DNA of 63,677 nucleotides, filler included, from Choristocarpus tenellus KU-1152 (taxonomy: Eukaryota > Protista > Phaeophyceae), in the NCBI GenBank assembly GCA_964200185.2. It is 12 parts of 12 records of this genome, joined end to end, with 100 filler letters (N's around TTAATTAATTAA, not from the genome) between each part and the next. Parts side by side here need not be neighbours in the genome. Positions count along the whole stretch, not along the records: positions 39,551 to 52,491 come from CAXNAD020001646.1; 11 more parts are not named here. One strand, given 5' to 3'. Under the pieces are notes generated by a model. That model was not told the DNA's origin. It searched no databases and saw only the letters and a program-made list of their open reading frames with translations. The position numbers were made by a program, and so were the translations under genes. Below, one piece after another: positions 39,582-51,000 of this stretch (position 1 is the stretch's first letter; every line of letters starts with the position of its first letter).

Positions 39582-40043
39582 CTTTTGTGCCGACATTTCC
39601 AACGCAGCCACGGCGCGATTGATGGCCGGATGGTGCACACGGCAATCTGGTATACCCAGCACGTCATGTGACCCTGCACGATACAGGCCTAGCTCCACCC
39701 CCCCCCACTTGGACGACGGCTTGACTGCCAGCTTGGCTGTGGTGCGCCACCCGACAGGGTCCCAACCATTAATGCGGTGTTTTCCAAGCGGTGGAGGTAC
39801 CTTATCCCCCTCATCATTCCCTCCCTGACCTCCTCCACTGCCATTGTAGCCGCTGGTGTTGACCTTTGAGACCCGGCCCCTCGCTCCCACGAGCTGTTGT
39901 TGGCGAGCCTTGGAGGCCTCTGCCATGAGAAGGTTGTCACAAAAGGTCCTGCGAAGGGTTTCATCATAGGTTAAGAAGGGTGGAGGGGATTATGAATGTG
40001 GACAGAGGGATGTTGACAGCAATGCATTGCATGGGGGGAGCTT

Positions 40044-40079
<36 letters not shown>

Positions 40080-42498
40080 GCGTGTGCTTAGGGGTAGGAA
40101 ACATTATGGGAACTTTAACCACAACAACGGCATTGAATACGTTCCTGCCGTGGGAACGTATACTCTTGTCGCAACAAATGGATGCCGTTGCAATGATGAC
40201 AGGGAAAAATGACAGGGGCACACAGAAAAAAAAAAGTGTTTGGAAAATGTTATCTCGGATGTGAAGGTTGGGGAACAGGCTGCTTGCATCACAGCGATGC
40301 TGTCATAGAGTGAGACAAATAATCCTATGCTTTTGTAGGCCTTCATCATTATATGCACAGATATCACCGCATATCTTACTAAGATGTTGAACCTCTGTCA
40401 GGTCATTGAATTTTGAGCAAACCTTTTTGAGTTGGTTCGGTGCAAGGATTATGGTTGACTTGATGTGCTGGTCTGTGAGCAAATGCATGAGACTACCCAT
40501 ACACAACCCAGAAAGGTAATGAGGTCAACAGCTTGCTCATGAAGGAAACAGAATAAGATCTTCCGATGAGCACCTGTGACATGGCCAACAAGCAGATGTA
40601 CCCTCCAATAAGTGATAGCGGACCCTAATAATATGATCAGCTCTCAAACATCACAAGTTTTTGTCCTACCATAGAGGGTTAAACAGTACACAATAAAAAA
40701 GACAGTATGATAGCTCTGTTCAAATTAGAAGAGAAGCAGAGTGCTTGCATTAACACTTAAGAAAACCAGAGGGTTCCCAAGATATACATTGCTTAGTCTC
40801 CCACTTGACCGTATCATTACATGTTGAATTCAGTCATGAGTCTTTAGATCCGGACAATTGTAGCTATCTACGGCATTGGCAGTCCAAGTGCATGCAGTGA
40901 GAGCTTTCTCAACATGCAGGAAGTGAGAAATAGACAGTGCAATTTCCTCTTTTATCAGTTTGAAAAAATTGACAGCTTTTCATGGTTTAATCACTTCTCC
41001 TCTCTCACTTATCTCTCCACCTACCCCTCTATCTTCCCCATTTAGATCACTACCACAGGACAGTGTCCACCGTGCTGCTTCACAATAAGACCCTTCTACA
41101 ATAAATCAGCCTGTTTTCACTCCAAGCACAAAATGCCAGGGTTGATGGGAAAAACAGGTGACCTAGGCTTGAAGTATGAAACATTTCTATCAAAGAGGTT
41201 AAGGCAGTCCCATGCACCCATACTGTCCCCTATGTTTCACCTCGAATCCCCCATGATGGGTGTTTCCGTGAAGTGCCGATCAACCTCGCAACCTGGGCAT
41301 GACTTGAAATGTCTACATTGGAGTTCATCGCCCTCCTTTGGCAAGGAAACATCTTTCCAACCAGCTGCCGACCCCCCCGCAATCTCAGGTCCTGCTCCAT
41401 CATTCTGCCCAGGTTTTCTTAATTTGTCCCAATTCATCATGGACACCTTCTCCTTCTTATCGAAGAACGCGCTCTGGCAAGGGGGTGTATGAAGTATGAT
41501 GACAACTGTACCATGAAAGAGAGGCAATAGAGCTACCATAAATGTAATCAATTTCTAACACCTTAGTCTGAGGAATATCTTGACCCATGGTCAGGAACTA
41601 CACACTGTACTACTTCTCAGTACTATCTACTGCAACTGGCTGTGCACTACGACTGTTGTACTACTTCTATTCGTTCCTTGTTTCGCACCGTATAGTCGTC
41701 GTAAGAGGGATATGTGCTCTTCTTAGCATACAACACGAAGCTCTGCGCCCTCATGCGGTCCACCTTTACGCAGAGCATAGGATGGCTTACCCGCACAAGA
41801 GCGGTAGGTGTCACACCCAACAACTATTTGCTTCTAACTCTCCTGCGACGACAGTCAAGCATCTACTCCTCCCTCCCTCTTTGCCTCCTGTGCACAAAAA
41901 GTAAAACCACAGTCTTCACCGTTCACATAGACAGTTCTGTTAATAGTCACCTACAGATAGTCGAAGAACATGCAAGTGTGAAACCCACCCCTTTCCTGCC
42001 AGAGGTTCAAAAGGTTCGCCAGTATAGGGCGTTCCTTGTAAACAAAGGTCTTAACAAACTCACGTTCGCTGCTGGCTCCTCCTCAAAAACTCTTAGCCCT
42101 TTCTTCCCTTTTCCCATCTTCGGATTTCCAGTAATTCCCCCCCCCCCTCGGCTTCCACTGCCGCCTCCACTTCCACCTCCATTTCCACCTTTCCTCGATT
42201 TCCCTGTCGACTTCCCTTTTCCTCTACGACTTGATCGAGTGCTGATCATCATAACCCTCACCAAACTGCTTGTGGTACTACGCCGCATCGGCTGTTTCAG
42301 TACACTAGAACCAAACTCGGCGAATGGTGTTGCGATAAAGCATTGGTCGACGTTTGAAGTTACAAGTGAGGTGCCTCGACAAGGTTCCCCAGACAAAAAA
42401 CACGCCAGGAACCCAACCAGGGCCTGGAAGGGTGGTTTTCGTCGACACTGCCGTGGCCAGACTTGGTTGCTCGTTTCTATTGAGAATCGATAGACCAT
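39582..42498 (-). CDS. RlmD/RumA/TrmA-family RNA (uracil-5-)-methyltransferase, 5' exons (partial), with a long N-terminal extension
   Basis: Exons 42498-42064, (probable 41763-41689), 41473-41241 and 39948-39582. Contains CRHFKSCPGC (C-x5-C-x2-C of the [4Fe-4S] motif), GWRTTAKLAV and GLYRAGSHDVLGIPDCRVHHP (fourth Cys). Confidence 0.85.
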
Positions 42499-44339
42499 CT
42501 TCAGCACGAAAGTCCACACACAGGGGTTAGTCTCTCGGTAAGCAGTGAGGGACTCGCCTGATGTGATGTTGTGGTTGTCCTACTCTTAAAACTTCAATGT
42601 TTGGATGAAGAGTACAGGAAGAACAACCGTAGTATTGATAGTATTGGTAGTGTGGTTGGTAGACATACTTCGACCGACATTATAATAATAGTTGAGTCTT
42701 TCTTAACACGTAGTTAGAAATAAAAATGTCGACGGTCTGGGTCAATCTGCCGGGTTCGAATTCCTTCGACCGATAACTTCTTTCCACGTAATTTAATTTT
42801 GATTATTGATTAGTAATCTAATTAATCAGTACAGTTCCTGCACAAAAACGCCAGACCGTGATCCAGGTGGAAACTTCGGAGACAGCCCAGTAAAGATTCA
42901 GGGGAGTAGATAAACTGACAACAACGGGTGGGGAGTGCTGAACCCAGCAGGCGAGAAGCAAGGCAGAAACAGAGGTAGGACAACAACTTGTAGTGCAGCC
43001 TGTAACATAGTGTGAGAAATGGTGCAGCGAATAATAGAACCTATGACTGTATGTAATAGTGTCCCTGACCTGGTGCCTCTGACCAGTGACGACCAAACAG
43101 GATAATCCTGGGACAAGTTATGTGGTGGGAAAAGGTATTATTGTAATAGCTGTCGCTATTATGCATCATGCGGAGCAATGGATTTATGTCTTTATCTTCA
43201 GTTAACTTCTCCCTTCCCTTACACCTGCACTCCAACCATTAAAAGCATTATTGAAGGGGTGGTTAACTAAGAATGTACATATATAATTCATTTCGATGCT
43301 GCGTCTCAAAGGTTTCAGGCTTGTGATGCCTCCATTATTTCGATTTAAATTCTCTGTTAGCTACTATCTTTGCTCCATACTAAATATATTCCTGTAGCTA
43401 TTGTTACAGGGTGGAAGTCTCCGTAGGACCTCCATGTTATTATAGCGCGCTCCAGAAGCTTACCTCCACAGGATGTATAGCTCCAATCTACAGGCCTATA
43501 GATGATACTGATGCACGCATTGGACTCCTGATGCAAAAGTCGTCAAGTATGCTGGATCTCTCACTTGGATTATCATCAATATAATCGTACAAAAAGGAAC
43601 TGGTCTCGGTAGGATCTCCATATTACAGCGTACCCCCCAGAACTCACCTCCACAGGATATGCAACTCAAATCCAACGACCTTAAAACGACACTACGCGAA
43701 GGTTTACAGATGATGACCACGTATGGCGTCAGTTGATGCTTAGCTCAGTCAATGTCTCGCTTTTCACTTTATCAAAAGAGGGTAAGACTCAAAGAACTGA
43801 GTCATGTGGTCAACAACTCAGCCTTTTATTAACACCACTATTCAATGCTTTTCTACAGCCAAAGAGTTAAATGACTGCAAACTGCTGTGTAAATACTCTA
43901 ATCATAAATCTTTATTCTGCAACTTTCACGAGTGGACATCTATTCTGTAAGGGTATCTATGCATTTCGAATCTTACTCTGCATCTTCTATCAATTCAAAG
44001 TTCCTCTTAAATGAATTCTTACGTATGTATATGCTGTTCGCGCATTTTGACGCGCAGAAAGAAATGCTGGCGCTATTCGCCTGTAACACTATTATTGCAA
44101 CATGAGGAGTGGTGGATATCTGCAACTGTCGTCTGGCACCCCCCCTTCCCTTCTACAAAAAAAAATGCCTGAAAAAGTTTATTGACACCAAGCGAAATGT
44201 TACTAATCTGCAAATGACACATTGTGACGAAAATCGTGTTGTGGTGAACTGATTAGAAGAGTGAACAGATGGTGCAGATCGCCATAATGTGATTGAGTTT
44301 GCAAAATTATCCATACCTAACAGTGCTCAGTCAGATGGA

Positions 44340-44763
44340 TTTGGTTTGGGGTCCCTGTGCCTGTGCTTCTTCAGCATGGTACAGTTGTAGGCGCAACATC
44401 GACATTCCCCCTTTCCACACACAAAGTGATAACACAACCAAGCAAAGGCTCTTTCTGCAATTGTACAGAATTACATCCTTATGCCCTTTCTTGGAGTCCT
44501 TCAAATGCAACCCTGTCTACCTCTCAATCGGTTTGAGCCAGGGTATCCCGAGAAAGGGCAAGAAGATATCTTTTGAATAATTGAAGAAAGGATCTTTGCT
44601 CAATTTTGGTGTCCCTTTTTATGTGGAAAGGTGGAATATTGTTGTTCTTGTATACACTACTGTGCATATTAACGAATTAAATAGAGTGTATTCCATAGGG
44701 TAAGAAGGATGGCTTAGAATGCGAAGGGGTCAAAACCTGTCTACCTCTCAATTTGTTTGGCTC
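44340..44763. mobile_element. Two adjacent family A MITE copies in opposite orientation
   Basis: 44340-44538 is a minus-strand copy (ctttctgcaattgtac...ccctgtctacctctcaatcggttt). 44540-44763 is a plus-strand copy ending aacctgtctacctctcaatttgtttggctc. Confidence 0.6.
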
Positions 44764-44981
44764 AGTGCAGTGTGTAGTAGCTCTCACTGCAGATTAGGAT
44801 GTTCCCCAAACTAAAGTGTGACCTAAAGTGTGACAATAAAAAATACAAAAAATGGTGGTTACCATCTTATTTCTCAAATAATTTCTACGGAGCATTTTCT
44901 TGTCCTCGTAACTTTAAAAGTTGATAGTGGATGGTGCTTCCCTTATTCAAATTCTCTGGTTCTCCAATGAACATCACGCTT

Positions 44982-45220
44982 GAGTGAAAGTATCTTAGAG
45001 GGTAGGGGTTTTGTTGGGGCTTGGCTTCCCACGTTTCTTTTTACATTTTCCTATTCCGCAGTTTCGGAGTAGGTAAAATGTATACTATATGAAAAGATGT
45101 ATCCACAACAAGGATATTGACACTTCCTAACAAACGCGATAGCCAAAATTACATCAAAATCGCAACATTGGATTTTGGTTCCCAAACGGACATGGCTCTA
45201 CCCTCTAAGGTACTTTGGAC
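44982..45220 (-). mobile_element. MITE family B copy (inverted)
   Basis: Ends gagtgaaagtatcttagagggtag ... taccctctaaggtactttggac; internal catcaaaatcgcaacattggatt is the reverse complement of the family core. Confidence 0.7.
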
Positions 45221-47368
45221 CCTTATTTGGGAGGAATATAGTTTCGATTATCCAACGTACACCCGTACATCCGTACTATCCAATGTATTGTTATCCCCAA
45301 AAAACTTAAAAATCCAAACGAAATGGCAAGCACTCAACTGTGGAGCGAGACTGGACATGTGGGTCCAGCACAAAGATTAAATGGAGGTGTGAGTGACGAG
45401 TGGGGGGATGGCTGAACCCAACGCACACGAGAGTTCTTTTACAGTCCTAATTTAGCCAACTAAATAAGTTTTTCTATATTTACTTCCTCCGTAGTGGTAT
45501 CAGAAAGCAGGATGGTACAATGGACTTCAGATACTCGAAAACAGATTGTTGTATATCATTGACCTATGTATATAGCAAATCTCTTCCCACTTTTGTTCGA
45601 TAGAAAGTCCCTACTTCAGTATTCACCACTCATTAGCAGGCTGTTCACTCTATTCTTTTTATTGTGTAGTGAAGGATTGAACCTTTTTTTTTGTCCACCT
45701 CTGAGAACCTCTATTGACTCTTGGTACTGAATAAACCTATTGAGCATGGTGAGGTAAGCTTCAGGGAGCAGATTAGAGAAGTCACCAAGTGAAGGAAGTC
45801 TTATCATTATGTTCACCCACATGGGGGAGTGCATAGCACACTTTTATTTTCCATGCCTTCGTTTGCATCATCTTTAGTTCCAAAATCCCTATCCACAGTG
45901 TTGATGTATCTTGAGGTGCTGCTATTGGTAGTTTGTGATGATGCGAGTGATGACCCACCCACTCCTTTCCATTCACCAATCTCCTCCCTTGCAGGTAGAC
46001 CTCTACCCAGTCACTACTCAAATTTAAAGAGACTACTTCATGTCCTTGATACATACCCTTACTATTTTATTTGCTTCTGGAACCTGTCCGTTAGGTGTGT
46101 AAAATCATTCCAGATGGGCACAATGCACACCTCATATAATGTGACCATAATCCCAACCCTTGAACACTCCGCTGATCCAAATGTACTAGATTTTCCCCTC
46201 AAATGGAATAAGCAAAATATATTGTGGGAGGCAAGAGAGCAAATGTTGGACAGGTCCTTCCACAAGGAAAAAAAAAAATGCAAGTTTGGGTTGTACAGTG
46301 GATCATTCATGTGAGGTACAACCATATGTATCTTTCACAAGTCAATTTAAATGACAAGAAAATTGCATGGATCAAAAGACCTTAATTACATGTATTTACT
46401 ATTACTTGGAGGAGCAACTGTGTTGTAAATTAGTTAACATCTACCGATCTGTAATGTCAAACAATCAACAGCACTTTCATGTCTGTTAAAAACTACAACA
46501 CCCTACTCACACCACAACAATGTACCAGCAACATGTGTAACAGTATTCAGGAAACTCAAAAACACACTCTGCATCACAATCATTGCAACCAATTTGGGAG
46601 ACACTCAGACCTCCAAAGCTTACAGGTTGCCTTCCAGCCCCCCACAATATTGTACATTTTATGCAATAATCACACCACAAAATTGTGACTAGGTTTGATG
46701 TCCTTCACTTCACAAAATCCATCCAATACTCTACACAAGCATGGCCAAACATGTCAACATACTGGTCTCACCTCTTCCCTAAAAAGTGTGATGCACAGTA
46801 AACATATGAAAAAAATCACTGAAGACTGAAACATGACATCTCTGCTATACTCTATGAGAAGCATCTACTCATTCCACCTTTGCCCTGTCATTTAAATCAC
46901 AGCAATAATTCATTGAACGTCAACTACCTCAGATTGAAGTCACATATTGTGTACAGTGATTTTGAAGTGATACCGTAACTACAGGGAACTTGGTCTGAAT
47001 ACACAACTTCTCTTGAGCCAGTCAACAAAGCTTTGATTAGTGACCACGTTGAGGATCCCACCTCTGCAAATGACCTGCACCAATGTTCCAGGGCCTACAA
47101 ATGGAATAATATATAAAGAAGTTATACATACAGTCAGAAACAATTAACAATAAATAACCTTAGCCCTCCACTAAAAATACAAAAGAACAGGGAGAGGATG
47201 CTTCAGTCTTAAACAACCCTTCTACAAGCAGAGCACTCTACACACCACCACAGCCAAAGACTGAACACTCCCATCCTTCTCAACCATAGATCCTTCACGT
47301 GGGGCCAGGTCAAGACAACAATCAAGTGGAACAAGAACATCAATCAAGGGCACTGTACAAGGCAAAAT

Positions 47369-49517
47369 TCAGAAATCTGCCTCCAGCGTGAAGACTTGAT
47401 CTGCCTTCTCCACTCCCACGCCTGACTTGCTGTATTCCCCCACTCTTTTCTCAAAGAAGTTTGTCTTCCCCTGCAGAGAGATCATTTCCATCCAGTCAAA
47501 GGGATTTGGGGACCCATACTTCTTAGGGCACCCCAGCTCCACAAGCAGGCGGTCTGCCACAAACTCAATGTATTGTCGCATCAATCCACTGTTCATGCCT
47601 ATCAACTCCACTGGCAGTGCAGATGTGATGAATTCCTGAACATGCAAAAAGTGATGAGGGTAAGTTTGGTGGGTGCAGTGAATGGCATCTTTTTTCATTG
47701 TACAGTTCAGGTAAGGAGTTCCAGAGGACACACAAAACTCAAAAATAAAGGCCTGAAGGTTACTGGTGTTGCTGTAGACATGCCAGGCACCCAACTTCTA
47801 CACTTGTCTACAAAATACTTCACAGCTTCAACAAATGTTGCATCACCTTCTCAATCTCCACAGCATCTGAGATAATTCTTGTCACAGTCTCTACAGATAA
47901 CTTGTTGACCAACTTGCGGTACAAGAGGCAAGCAAAATCAGTGTGGAGTCCCTCATCACGACTAATAAGCTCATTGCTGAAGCACAGTCCAGGCATCAGG
48001 CCACGCTTCTTGAGCCAGAACACAGCACAAAAGCTCCCTGAGAAGAATATTCCCTGCACATGGGAGGCAATGAGAATTTAACAGTGGTACAGAGTTGATA
48101 CAGTATCAAAACTAAGCTATTGTCTGGCATCTGGCATCACACCCTCCCTCTACCCAGATGGTAATGCAGTCTCCACATCAATAAAATAACACAACTTACC
48201 TCCACAGCAGCAAAGGCCACTATTCGCTCTGCAAAACTGGACAGTTCAGGGTCACACCACTGCAGTGCCCAGTCGGCCTTCTTCCTCACACACGGAACAG
48301 TCTCCATGGCATTGAACAAATGTGACTTCTGTGCTGGGTCCTTGACGTAAGTGTCAATGAGCAGGCTGTAAACCTCACTGTGGATGTTCTCAATGGCAAT
48401 CTGGAAGCCATAGAAGCATCGTGCCTCAGACAGCTGGATCTCACTGCTGAAGTTGCTTGCAAGGTTCTTCAGGGCCATGGCAGCATAGAAACAGGTAGTA
48501 GTAAAGGGTAAGGGACAATCAAGGGTTTTGACATGTTCAAGAATATGATTGTGAAGTAAAGCTCAGAAATATGCTGCATGTCATCGCCTCTTCTCTCTAT
48601 GATCCTCTCAAAGACTTGTACAAGAACAAGGCAGTGGGCATAGATTTGAGGGCATGATGCACCTCTACATACCAACATCAGGGGCTCTATGGTCACTATG
48701 TCAACCTTCACCTCATTCACAATGCCATCACTGGCTGCAAAGAAGGCAAGGACGTGGGTCACAAAGTGACGTTCATCATGAGACAGTCCTTCCCAGTCTT
48801 TCTGGTCATGCGCAAGGTCAAGCTCCTCTGCCGTCCAGAAGCACGCCTCAGCTTTCTTGTACATTTGCCAAACCTTCCAGAAAGGGTAAAGTTGAGGTGT
48901 CAGGACACGACACTTGGATGTGGTGGATGAATCAGAGTGTGTAGCACCATTCGGGGACTCATCAACAACAATCATGACACATGCTCAGGAAAACCTGCAG
49001 AAAATTAAGAGAAATACCTCATTGTCCTGGATGGGGAAGAGCACGAAACGTCCTGGGTTTTCCACCAGCAGTGGCTCTGGCTTCAAGGCTCCCGACATCT
49101 CCTTCCGACGCATTGCACTAACCTCCAGCTGCGATAGTTTCGGATCGACATCCGACGTCTGGTGGGAGAGGGATTTGTGAAGGAGCTATTAGCGTAGGGG
49201 GTTATGATGGTTACGCAGTCGGCGACTGACAGTGACATAAAGGGTCAATAGTACACATCGTTCTGAGGAAGGTTAGCAGTATCATGCTTCCGTCTGAAAG
49301 AACTATGGGAAGAAAAGATTCCTATGTAGGGGTGCAGAAAGATGATCTTGAGGCCAACAGTTGTTGGGGGGGCACTCAGTATTCCGTGTGCCCTACCATA
49401 GCATAATCAACCGACCTTGAGCCTTCCCAGAAGTCCTCCCTCATCGAAGGAGCCTTCACGGTTTACAAGATCGCTTTCTCTCAAGATGGGCATAGCAGGG
49501 GGCATAACAGGAGGCAT
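47369..49517 (-). CDS. RNR2: Ribonucleoside-diphosphate reductase small subunit (class Ia R2), complete, 6 exons, ~381 aa
   Basis: Exons 49517-49416, 49158-49018, 48873-48712, 48466-48200, 48053-47847, 47635-47369 (all phase 0). Motifs [25 protein letters not shown] (Fe ligands and radical Tyr), [28 protein letters not shown] and C-terminal FTLEADF. Confidence 0.97.
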
Positions 49518-50470
49518 ATTCTTTGGAGTGCCTGGCCCAGGAACAGTGCAATGAAGAAAGCATGAAGCGAAAGGCAGCAGGCGAAATTAGTCCTCACGAA
49601 TGATTGCATAGGCATGGTTACACATGGGCCCAACCTTCCCAACGCAAAAACTTGAGGCGCGCAAATGGAAAAGGCGCGGTGTGAGAACCCGTTGAGGTTT
49701 GGACCCAAGTCCATTCCAATGGTCTTCACCAGGTGCAGACCTACATGCGGATGAATGAAGATTCCTAATAGCATGTCTCACCTTAAAAAGAGGAGCTTTA
49801 AAGAGAGTTGCGATGAGGTGTGGGAGTGAGGAAGTAGACTGTGAAGGGGGTATGGGGTGTTCAGAACGGCACACGCCATGCTGGGATTTGAATCGGAAAA
49901 CGCCTCCAAATATGACGATTTTCAAATTGTTCAATTTTCCAACGATATTTTTCAAAAATATTAACTATTACTGTAATATGTCAAATTGATAATTAATCAA
50001 TTTCAAATCTATTGGTTAAACATAGGAAATCACGCCTTCCTACTCCTGCTTCCCTGCAAATTTGATTTCCACTCCCCCCATATATTTCCCACAACTCACA
50101 ACCACTTAGAACAGCCCCAACCCCTAGTTGTCCAAGTCTCTTCGAACTTATCACCTCTCATTGCTAAGGCAAGTTGGTACAAGCATTAGAAACTACACAC
50201 CTTCTATTAGCGTCTATTGAACCCATTTCGTAAGCACAGGACTACCCTGAACCTCGACACTTACCTTTCGTCACACATTGTAATAGCATTTAATCTGTTT
50301 TCAAAGCCCAACGTTGTAATGATCCCATACCTGCTTCATCTTCCTCTGTTCTGGTCCTCTGCAGAGGAGGATATCGTTCCCACTTCATACATTCTATTCG
50401 TTTAATCGACCTTTCTTCTCTCTCTCATCCACCCAACTCCTTCGGCTCATGGAAACACTACACAGTCAAT

Positions 50471-51000
50471 ATGCCTCCAGTACCAGGCCCAAGGGAGATC
50501 GACCTGTTGAATGGTGAAGAATCCTGTTCGCATAATGGTCTTCTATCCAACCTGACGATTGCGCAGGTGGGTTAATTTGGAGGGGCACAAACAACTTTCA
50601 CTCGAATAGTCGCCAGACACCGTTTTTTCCCTATAGATGTCAGCAAAGTGGGCTTTCTATTTACCCCAGCTGCATTATCTGGGCAAAGTGTCATCTGACC
50701 TTTCGCTGCGTACCTGTCCTTCCAACAAATCTTGAAGCAATATGAAATTTCGAATCTACTGAAAAAAGCTCACCCCACTTCTACTCGAAGGCTTCCTATC
50801 TTTGCGAGATGCGATTAATTTTGTTAACAAATGTACTGCCCTCAACCCTCTAGAATCCCGCAGTAATCAAGAACGTGCAGAAGGTGAAGGTGAAGATGAC
50901 CGACATGAGGAGGAAGGAGCTATCTGAAAATCTGAAACCAGAACCCTTGCTCGTTGAGAACCCAGGACGTTTCGTGCTATTCCCTATCCAAGATAACGAG
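50471..51000 (+). CDS. RNR2: Second ribonucleotide reductase R2 paralogue, exons 1-2 only (remainder not present before the spacer)
   Basis: Exon 50471-50566 (MPPVPGPREIDLLNGEES...LTIAQ|gt) and exon 50854-51000 (...[32 protein letters not shown]|gt) are homologous to exons 1-2 of the minus-strand gene, with the same intron-2 position. Confidence 0.85.

Noticed and set aside
41714-42493. 259-aa plus-strand ORF
   Set aside because: Antisense shadow of the Gly/Lys-rich first exon of the methyltransferase gene; no recognisable motif.
45600-46330. Retroelement RNase H-like scrap (HLRGKSS...CSR)
   Set aside because: Single weak motif without supporting collinear motifs.
47369-49517. Viral (NCLDV) origin of the RNR genes / endogenous giant virus
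   Set aside because: Five spliceosomal introns, a eukaryote-type N-terminal tail and no neighbouring viral hallmark genes.
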